IMG/VR virus record: IMGVR_UViG_3300030372_002403
Span: 1 to 44,804 of that record
Origin: a virus
Lineage: Duplodnaviria > Caudoviricetes
DNA length: 44,804 nucleotides
Direction: 5' to 3' (one strand)
This document shows, in pieces, positions 38,039-44,804 of the stretch (positions are counted from its first letter, which is position 1; the number at the start of each line of letters is the position of its first letter). A model generated the notes under the pieces. The model had not been told where the DNA came from. It made no database searches and worked only from the letters and a program-made list of their open reading frames with translations. The position numbers were made by a program, and so were the translations under genes.

Positions 38039-38793
38039 TACTCCTCCTTTGTTACAGTTTTAGTTGCTATAAGCTTATCTTCTTCTTCTCTTAATTCATC
38101 AATAAGTTTAGTATTACTAATAGCTTCTAATTTTTCAGTTGTTTTAACAAGTTGTTTTTCTTTCATACCATGCATACCTTGTAAATTCTCTACAGCACGC
38201 ATAAGATTAGTAACATCTTTTTTATCTTCAGCCATAGATATAACTTTTGCTAAAAGCTCTAAAGTGTATGTTTTATCTAGACCGTGGTCAGTTAATAAAT
38301 CTGCTAATTCTTCTTTTACCATCTTACTAAAAACCTCCGTTTTCATTCTTCGTTTCCACTTCTTAAAATCAGAAGGAGTGTAACTACCAAGTACCATATC
38401 AAGGGCTAAATTATAATCCCATGTAACAGAATAAGCTTTAGCAAGATTTTTCATCATATCTTGTTTAGATACAACTTCTAGCATAGGTTTGCCAGTCATC
38501 GTTGTATTTGTTTTTCTGCCTGATACTTTTAATTTTTTAGAAGCATACTTAGGATTAAAAAAAGTGTAACCCCATGGGAACCTGAGATATACATTATCTT
38601 TGTCATGATTAGAAGGATACTCCTTGCGATTAATGCATTTAGCAACGTAGTCATCATCAGATATAGCATATCCCCCAGGTTGAACCATTTTCCAGTGTAC
38701 AAACTTAATTCCTTCTTTTTCAGCTTCTTTTTTTCTATATATAGTATATGCAGTGAGACCTTTATCTTTGTGGTCTATATTTATTGTATACAT
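38038..38793 (-). CDS. Probable terminase small subunit
   Basis: Upstream of terL; helical C-half (LAKVISMAEDKKD...RAVENLQGMHGM) resembles a TerS oligomerisation region. Confidence 0.55.
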   Translation of the reverse strand: MYTINIDHKDKGLTAYTIYRKKEAEKEGIKFVHWKMVQPGGYAISDDDYVAKCINRKEYPSNHDKDNVYLRFPWGYTFFNPKYASKKLKVSGRKTNTTMTGKPMLEVVSKQDMMKNLAKAYSVTWDYNLALDMVLGSYTPSDFKKWKRRMKTEVFSKMVKEELADLLTDHGLDKTYTLELLAKVISMAEDKKDVTNLMRAVENLQGMHGMKEKQLVKTTEKLEAISNTKLIDELREEEDKLIATKTVTKEE

Positions 38794-39182
38794 TATATTA
38801 ATTCAAAATGTGGAAAATCATCAAAATTATTATCATCTACTTCAAAATTCATATTCCAATCTCCGCCCCATCTTAAGTTTATCTCCATAGACTTAGCAAT
38901 GCCAATAACAAAACCAGCAAACAAATGAAAACGTTCTCTATCATCCCAATCAATAGGATAAGGCACCACGTCAACAGCCCTACTTGGATTAGAGTTATGA
39001 CGACCATGGGGGAATTTAAGTTTAGTTTTACCTTCTTCAAATAATTTATTTTGTCTTTCAGCACTTCTATGCCCTTCTATTACACTACAATCTACATGTT
39101 TAATTACTTCATTTAATACTTTTTTTAAATCTGGATGTATATTAGTCATCTCTCTTCTTGAACGTGGTCCAAATTTATACAT
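38793..39182 (-). CDS. Endolysin, M15-family L-Ala-D-Glu peptidase (T5 Lys-like)
   Basis: EGHRS.ERQ, H...PSRAVD, RWGGDW, DFPHFEL. Confidence 0.9.
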   Translation of the reverse strand: MYKFGPRSRREMTNIHPDLKKVLNEVIKHVDCSVIEGHRSAERQNKLFEEGKTKLKFPHGRHNSNPSRAVDVVPYPIDWDDRERFHLFAGFVIGIAKSMEINLRWGGDWNMNFEVDDNNFDDFPHFELI

Positions 39183-39184
39183 TA

Positions 39185-39700
39185 CTATTCTCCTTCTGTT
39201 GTATCTCTAAAAGATAAATAATCACCTACACCTCCTGGTAAGTGGTCATATATAGGGTAACCAAAATAATCTACTATATCAGCTGCAGCCATGCCCCAAC
39301 CTGCATAAGGGACCATATAACCAAGCCCTTTTGTAGTCATTTTAGTTGCTGCTTTTGTTAGTAAACTTTTTGCTAAAGGATATTTCATATAACTTGAGTG
39401 ACTTTGTATAGTCTCATCAAGAGGCTTAACATTGCTGCCTTCTGGAGAAATATCTTCAAGTACAGGGGTTTCTGATATTATATTTATATCGTTATTTAAA
39501 AGTTCAGTATTAGTAGAATTATCTAAATCTAAATTATCTACATTTTCATTAGATATTTGTATATCATCATCAACTAAAAATTCATTTAAATCAAAATCTA
39601 AATTATCATCTCTATTCATACGACCAGAAAGTGCACTAGGAGTATTTTGTTTTAGATATTCATTTAATAAAGTATTTGTATTTAAAATAGAAGTTTGCAG
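39185..39700 (-). CDS. Acidic hypothetical protein; probable CTG start at 39700 (track start ATG 39619)
   Basis: Frame stays open 27 codons upstream to a CTG preceded by AAGGAG at 7 nt spacing. Confidence 0.5.
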   Translation of the reverse strand: MQTSILNTNTLLNEYLKQNTPSALSGRMNRDDNLDFDLNEFLVDDDIQISNENVDNLDLDNSTNTELLNNDINIISETPVLEDISPEGSNVKPLDETIQSHSSYMKYPLAKSLLTKAATKMTTKGLGYMVPYAGWGMAAADIVDYFGYPIYDHLPGGVGDYLSFRDTTEGE

Positions 39701-39702
39701 TT

Positions 39703-40056
39703 TTACTCTCCTTTAAATGTTGCACTATTTACTAATATTTGCGCTTCTGTTTTAGTTAATATACTAAAGTTAGGATAATCTAGCCCATAACCTAGCTCCA
39801 TAAGCTCTGTAAGTATACCGTCTTTCATAGACCATTCACCTTTAATAATAACATAAGACTTATCGTGTGAATATCTAGGCGGGCCTACTTTGCCACTCAT
39901 TATAATATCAGTCCATGTGGGTGCTGACTTATAAGTTACTTCTTCAGTTTCTTCATTAACTGATTCTACTATAGGGTATAACCCTTTTATTTTGTCACCA
40001 ACAGCACTATTAAATGCACTGCTAGGTATACAAAAATACATTTCATAATGTGCCAT
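39703..40056 (-). CDS. Hypothetical protein coupled to the LamG gene
   Basis: TAATG overlap with the upstream gene. Confidence 0.65.
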   Translation of the reverse strand: MAHYEMYFCIPSSAFNSAVGDKIKGLYPIVESVNEETEEVTYKSAPTWTDIIMSGKVGPPRYSHDKSYVIIKGEWSMKDGILTELMELGYGLDYPNFSILTKTEAQILVNSATFKGE

Positions 40057-43000
40057 TATCTGTGACTCCTTTTACCTGTGTTATAATTTCTTAATACTTC
40101 TTCATCTGTCAATGTATCTGAATAAAAACATAAATCATCTAATTCTCCTGGAAAATCTTGATAACTTGCTTCTGTAATAGTTCCAGTAGTTCCTATATCA
40201 GAACCTATTATCATAGGAACATTTGCGTTTTGCATAGAACGAGCTGTAGTCATTGCTGAATTAGCCCCTTCTCTTCCTTCTGCAGCAACCTGTATTCCAT
40301 TAATATAAACAAAATAAGGTGTAAAATTATGGTCTTCAGCATTTGTGTTATCTGCATTACCACTTCCTGTAGTTCTATCATGGTCAAATGTAAAAGTAAC
40401 GTGATACCATTTATTTGGGTCAAATGCTTCTCCAATTCCATTGCTAGGTGCAGTTGGAGGGTTTACTATAGAACCGTTTAAACTGTCTAAATCGTAATCA
40501 CAATAAACTGATTCATTACCTGCAGAAGTGCCATAGTATGTATACATATATAATATATTATTATGATTTAAACTTGCTCTAAAGGCTCTACTAGAATTAG
40601 ATATTGTAGTGTCAAATAAAGAAAAACTATTACCAGAAGTTAAAAAATCACTTGGCTTTATACCTATTTTCATCCAAAAAGATATGCTATAATTTGTTAC
40701 AGCACTTCCTGTGTAAAGTGGATGAGTTTCTACTTTACTATAAGCACCTCTATCAATATCTCCATCTATTATAGTGTTGTTATTAAAACTATTAGTAGTT
40801 TTTTGTCTATTCATCAAGAACCCTTGTGAATCTCTTGAACTGTCTACACCTGCTGTAATAAGCATTGTTTCTGTAACATTAGCATGACAGTTACCATCAT
40901 TACTTCCTTTTAAATCTTTCCATTCAGATAAACCATTATTTCTCCAATATCCAGTTAATCCAGCGCTACCACTAGCTTCTAAAGCAGATTTACATTTGCC
41001 ATTGTTATATAAATCTAAAACATTAGCTTCGGTCAACACAGATGTATGATAAGCTATTTCTGTAATACTTCCTTTAGTAAAATGATTTCCGCTATAACCT
41101 TCCATAAATGTTTGTAATCTAAATTCTGTATCGCTCATATCAGAATTTGCTGTAAATTGTTGTCCATTTATATAAGCTTGCATTGATGTATTACCTGTTG
41201 CTGTAACTACAATATGGTTCCACTTACCAAGGGGTATAATATAATCAGCAAGTAAATGGTAAGAGCTGCCAGAATCTCTAAAATGAAGTTTGCGAGTTCC
41301 AGAACTTTTTGTCAAAATATTTCGTGTTCCATCAACTCCTAATGGCCATGAAAAATTATAATCATTTTCTTCTTCATAAAGCCAAAAAGACACACTCCAA
41401 TTACCAGAATAACCACTTCCAATTGTACTATCTAATGTAACATGGTAATTATCTTGTCCAGGAAAGTATGCCAATTGATTATAAGACTGCAACGCTGTTT
41501 GAGGTATATCTAGTTGTTGGTCTGCATCTGTCCATCCTGATGCTACACCTACTTCTTTTAAAGAAATATCATCAATATAAAAAAACTCAGTATTAGGTAT
41601 ATCAACACTACTACTTACTTTATATCCTATAATTTGAATATCTGTAATATCATCAGGTATAGTAAATGTTCCTGATAATTTTTGCCAACTTCCTAAAGTA
41701 GTAGTAGAACCAATTTCAACACTAGTACCATCATTTGACCTATACTTTAATTGTAATCTATTTATTTCGCCACCAGTATTACCATAAACATAACATTCCA
41801 TATAATATGTTCTACCATATATAAGACTCATTTCATCTCCGCCTATCCATCTCACTCCAGGCCAAGCAGTGTCTCCATCGCATAATACTTTAATAGACTT
41901 AGTTCCAGTACTAGTATTATTTTGAGCAGTGCTATCGTCTACTGTTGAACTTAAAGCTGCTAATGCTACGCCATTTATAGTAATAGTAGTAGGGTCAGTA
42001 ACTTCAGAATCTCCGTTAGCAACCATTTCATCACTATAAAATACAGTTGTTGCGTTATTTTTAGCGTTTATTGGGTAAACTTCAACATTATCTACTGTTG
42101 CAATCATGTCTGAATTTCCAGTAAAGTACCAATAGCTACCATCTGCTATAAAAGTAAAATCAGCACTCCCTGATGTTCCAGAACTAATATTTAAATGAGA
42201 GGCACCAGTTTTAAATTGTAATGTAGAAGTGCTTCTTGTCCAATCAAATTTCGCTCTATAAGTTTGTCCGCTTACAGTTGTATTACTTGCTCCATCTTGA
42301 TTATTTTTAGCAGCAGCCCAATCTGTCTGTGTTCCATCCCACCTTAATTTACCATCAGATATAGATATACCTCCAGAAGAACCCTTATGCCAATGAGTAT
42401 CTGTGTCAAATGTTCCATTTGTTACTATGTTATCACCAAGACCTGTATTAGAAGCATCAAGTACATAAGACTGATTACCCCTATGACCTTCATTCATTGG
42501 GTACCATAGTTTAAGATTAGAGTTAGTTAGCGATGTACCACCTCTATTTAATGCTAATTGTTCTGGATTAAGATAATCATATTCTACATCATCAGCTGTC
42601 CATGCTCCTTGCCAAGCCTGAAAATCAGACATTTTACCAGCAAAAGCATTTGTAAATACAGAACTTTGAAGCCCTGCTCCTATAAGACTTATATTTAAAT
42701 CAGCATTATTATTTGCATCAGACGATGTAAGAGTCCCACTACCATCTGCAACACCATTTAAATAAAAATTAACAGTATCTGAGCCATTATAAACAAAAAC
42801 TGCTCTATACCAAGTTTTTACTTTTAATATAGTATTTCCAGTTCTACTAACACCACCACCTATATCATAAAAGCCTAATTTTTCAGTACTACTTAATCTA
42901 AGGTAATTAGAAGTAGAAACATCTACTGAATTATCATAACCACTAATCATTTGATTTGAAGAACCTGCTGCATCATAATTAAGCCAAACCGCTACAGTCC

Positions 43001-43202
43001 ATGCTCTATTAGCAGCTGTTGTTTCTGCGCTATAATCTATAAAAGTTTTACCTGCTGCAGCACCAGTTACACTTAAATAATCAGTAACACCATCAAACTC
43101 TAATGCTCTACCTGAATATATTTGTGCGTGATTGTTGTTACTAGAAGTATCTAATCCTCTAGCTCTTGTTGGTTTTACTATTGTTTGTATTGTAACTGCC
43201 AT
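40056..43202 (-). CDS. Multi-domain LamG/concanavalin A-like and CBM-like virion protein
   Basis: Three LamG-like units (FDGVTDY..WTVAVW..YLNG; WSVSFW..WNHIV..YING; YSISFW..WYHV..GELDDL) and two CBM-like units (..VDNVEVY; ..YIDDISLKEV). Confidence 0.75.
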   Translation of the reverse strand: MAVTIQTIVKPTRARGLDTSSNNNHAQIYSGRALEFDGVTDYLSVTGAAAGKTFIDYSAETTAANRAWTVAVWLNYDAAGSSNQMISGYDNSVDVSTSNYLRLSSTEKLGFYDIGGGVSRTGNTILKVKTWYRAVFVYNGSDTVNFYLNGVADGSGTLTSSDANNNADLNISLIGAGLQSSVFTNAFAGKMSDFQAWQGAWTADDVEYDYLNPEQLALNRGGTSLTNSNLKLWYPMNEGHRGNQSYVLDASNTGLGDNIVTNGTFDTDTHWHKGSSGGISISDGKLRWDGTQTDWAAAKNNQDGASNTTVSGQTYRAKFDWTRSTSTLQFKTGASHLNISSGTSGSADFTFIADGSYWYFTGNSDMIATVDNVEVYPINAKNNATTVFYSDEMVANGDSEVTDPTTITINGVALAALSSTVDDSTAQNNTSTGTKSIKVLCDGDTAWPGVRWIGGDEMSLIYGRTYYMECYVYGNTGGEINRLQLKYRSNDGTSVEIGSTTTLGSWQKLSGTFTIPDDITDIQIIGYKVSSSVDIPNTEFFYIDDISLKEVGVASGWTDADQQLDIPQTALQSYNQLAYFPGQDNYHVTLDSTIGSGYSGNWSVSFWLYEEENDYNFSWPLGVDGTRNILTKSSGTRKLHFRDSGSSYHLLADYIIPLGKWNHIVVTATGNTSMQAYINGQQFTANSDMSDTEFRLQTFMEGYSGNHFTKGSITEIAYHTSVLTEANVLDLYNNGKCKSALEASGSAGLTGYWRNNGLSEWKDLKGSNDGNCHANVTETMLITAGVDSSRDSQGFLMNRQKTTNSFNNNTIIDGDIDRGAYSKVETHPLYTGSAVTNYSISFWMKIGIKPSDFLTSGNSFSLFDTTISNSSRAFRASLNHNNILYMYTYYGTSAGNESVYCDYDLDSLNGSIVNPPTAPSNGIGEAFDPNKWYHVTFTFDHDRTTGSGNADNTNAEDHNFTPYFVYINGIQVAAEGREGANSAMTTARSMQNANVPMIIGSDIGTTGTITEASYQDFPGELDDLCFYSDTLTDEEVLRNYNTGKRSHR

Positions 43203-43912
43203 TACAATGTCCCATTATTTGAACCATGCGAATCATTAGCATCTTCACTAAGATTCCACCAATGTAGCAAGTTTGTTTTTTCGCTGTCTGTTAATCCAGC
43301 ATAATTTTTGTTCATTATAGATTTAATTTGTGGTTGTGTTAACGCTGTACCATTCCATATGCCCATATTGCATATATAACCATTAAAAAAGTTTCCATCA
43401 TTACCACCACCAATTCTGTTAAATTCTACATCCCAATTAAAAGTATCATTTACAGCCACAGATATTTCAGCTCCGTTTTGATACATTTTTCCTCCAGCAC
43501 TACCGTCAGTAGTTATTGCAAAATGATTCCATTCATTTGCTACTATAGATGTGGTTCCTGTAAGATTATCACCATCAGTATTACCTTCAAACATCATTCT
43601 ATCTCCACCTGCATCATCAAAAATAATAAATTTATGATTATTAACACTACTATGACCTAAAGCAATATCCCAAGTAGTTATATTGTTTCTTCTAGCCCAA
43701 AACACAAATGAACAAGGAGTGTCGTGTGGACTAAGGGTTATAGTAGAAGATAGACTTATATAACTTGAATCATCAAACGATGCAGCACCATCACTTACAG
43801 GTATTACACTGCCTGCATTGTATTGATGTTTTAGTACGAGGTTATCTGTTACTATACCAGGTGTTATTAGACCAGAACTGGTCGATTTATTGCCTAATCC
43901 TAAACTAGGCAT
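43202..43912 (-). CDS. LamG/concanavalin A-like protein
   Basis: SFVFWA..WNHFAIT..MYQNG..FNGYICNMGIWN..LT..QI. Confidence 0.75.
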   Translation of the reverse strand: MPSLGLGNKSTSSGLITPGIVTDNLVLKHQYNAGSVIPVSDGAASFDDSSYISLSSTITLSPHDTPCSFVFWARRNNITTWDIALGHSSVNNHKFIIFDDAGGDRMMFEGNTDGDNLTGTTSIVANEWNHFAITTDGSAGGKMYQNGAEISVAVNDTFNWDVEFNRIGGGNDGNFFNGYICNMGIWNGTALTQPQIKSIMNKNYAGLTDSEKTNLLHWWNLSEDANDSHGSNNGTL

Positions 43913-43915
43913 AGA

Positions 43916-44281
43916 TTAACCTAAATAAGCTATTACTTTGCCAGAAGCTAGTATGATTTGGTTCCATCTACCATAAATAGTCATACCAGCAGGAAATGTT
44001 ACAGAATCAACTACTTCACTATCACTATCTATTGCAGTTGCTGCAGTCTGTGTATTTGGCCATTTTGTATCATCTTCAGATTTTAAGCCATTTGTACTAT
44101 TAAAAACCGCATCTTCAATAATTTGTATAGCTACAAAAACCTTGCCATCTGTAGGAGTTAATGTTCCTGCATCGCCAATATATGCAGAACCTGACTGGCC
44201 TAACTCAGCTCCAGGCCCTATTGGCCCTTGAGAAGTCTGTGTCTGAGTTGTTCCTGCATGTTTTACTACTAAATCACTCAT
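43916..44281 (-). CDS. Small virion structural protein, first gene of the late module
   Basis: TFPAGMTIYGRW..I.LASGKVIAY motif; GGGGA upstream. Confidence 0.6.
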   Translation of the reverse strand: MSDLVVKHAGTTQTQTSQGPIGPGAELGQSGSAYIGDAGTLTPTDGKVFVAIQIIEDAVFNSTNGLKSEDDTKWPNTQTAATAIDSDSEVVDSVTFPAGMTIYGRWNQIILASGKVIAYLG

Positions 44282-44311
44282 ATTGTCCCCAATTGTTGAA
44301 ATTTTATAAAA

Positions 44312-44351
44312 TTTATCAATTTAATATACTAAAGTCACTGTAATAATCCAA
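44312..44351 (-). promoter_or_regulatory. Late promoter 1
   Basis: TTGGAT-17 nt-TATATT followed by AAATTGATAAA. Confidence 0.7.
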
Positions 44352-44443
44352 GCGTTTATTTAAGATAGGTCACTTTGACTGGATATGTGGTTAGCCTATA
44401 GGTTAGATTGAGTGACTTAGTTAGTGACTCACAGAGGCTGTTA

Positions 44444-44492
44444 AACTTAAGCTTGAGACATGGTAAAAGTCAAGAAAATTTTAAAAAATTTT
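44444..44492 (-). promoter_or_regulatory. Second upstream sigma70-type promoter with an A/T-rich UP-like tract
   Basis: AAAATTTTTTAAAATTTTC-TTGACT-18 nt-TAAGTT. Confidence 0.5.
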
Positions 44493-44594
44493 TGTCTTTT
44501 ACGTAAGTTTTTTTGGTTTCTCGACGATAAATACATACAAAAAGGGTTGATTTTCAAAAAAATAGCACGAGAATGTGTGTGGGAGAGATATAGT

Positions 44595-44804
44595 GCACCG
44601 TACCCGTTGAAAATCACGGGGTAGGGTGCCTCGACTCGTTGAAAGTCCACTGTGCTGTCTACTTATAGCGTGGACTTTAAACTCGTGTGTCTGAGGCACC
44701 ATCTATCTTCCGTGATTTGTTTATCCTAAAGGGATAAACTACACCAACGGGTACTGTGCCCCCCGCGAGTCTTGCGACTCGGCACTAACAATTAAGTTAG
44801 TGTC
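44595..44804 (+). ncRNA. Highly structured non-coding element (ncRNA or ssDNA hairpin element), may continue past the window
   Basis: Nested inverted repeats 44595-44609/44745-44759, 44611-44619/44710-44718, 44625-44632/44693-44700, 44642-44650/44670-44678, plus three local hairpins; wobble pairs read G-U on the + strand. Confidence 0.6.

Noticed and set aside
6442-44343. Numerous + strand ORFs in the track (e.g. 6442, 12625, 16320, 23237, 27676, 37910, 38605)
   Set aside because: Antisense shadows of well-supported - strand genes with no motifs; the same applies to the - strand ORFs at 543, 967, 4144 and 4498.
44447-44702. Two 67-aa - strand ORFs
   Set aside because: No SD, atypical composition, and they overlap the structured element and promoter region.
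44595-44759. 6S RNA or tRNA identity for the structured element
   Set aside because: No cloverleaf or T-loop; the junction has only about 1 unpaired nt on the 5' side rather than a large central bubble.
1-44804. Genome-wide UGA or UAG stop-codon reassignment
   Set aside because: Long ORFs are intact in the standard code. TGA and TAG act as true stops in ATGA/TAGTG overlaps (e.g. 3945, 5119, 1124, 37973), so the UGA at 4153 is a local case.

Overview
An AT-rich, gene-dense segment of a tailed dsDNA phage, probably with a short, podovirus-like tail; no host genes, tRNAs or CRISPR arrays were seen. The + strand (1-5625) holds a replication/recombination module: Sak4-like ATPase, SSB-like protein, AEP primase-SF4 helicase fusion, HTH proteins, HNH and a PD-(D/E)XK exonuclease. 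It converges on a ~39 kb - strand virion module: LamG/CBM proteins, M15 endolysin, TerS, TerL, portal, scaffold, major capsid, ring/adaptor proteins, membrane proteins and a metallophosphoesterase, a giant tail protein, a tail fibre and putative ejection proteins. Highlights: (1) a 2974-aa protein with a two-barrel RNA polymerase signature (R-V-P...GGADLDGD), likely a virion-packaged RNAP; (2) an unannotated 55-codon zinc-finger gene with an in-frame UGA, a SECIS-like hairpin and an ATGA coupling to the next gene, a candidate phage selenoprotein; (3) three near-identical sigma70-type promoters heading the virion operons; (4) a ~210-nt GC-rich, nested stem-loop element at the right edge. All functional calls come from motif recognition by eye; no database searches were run.
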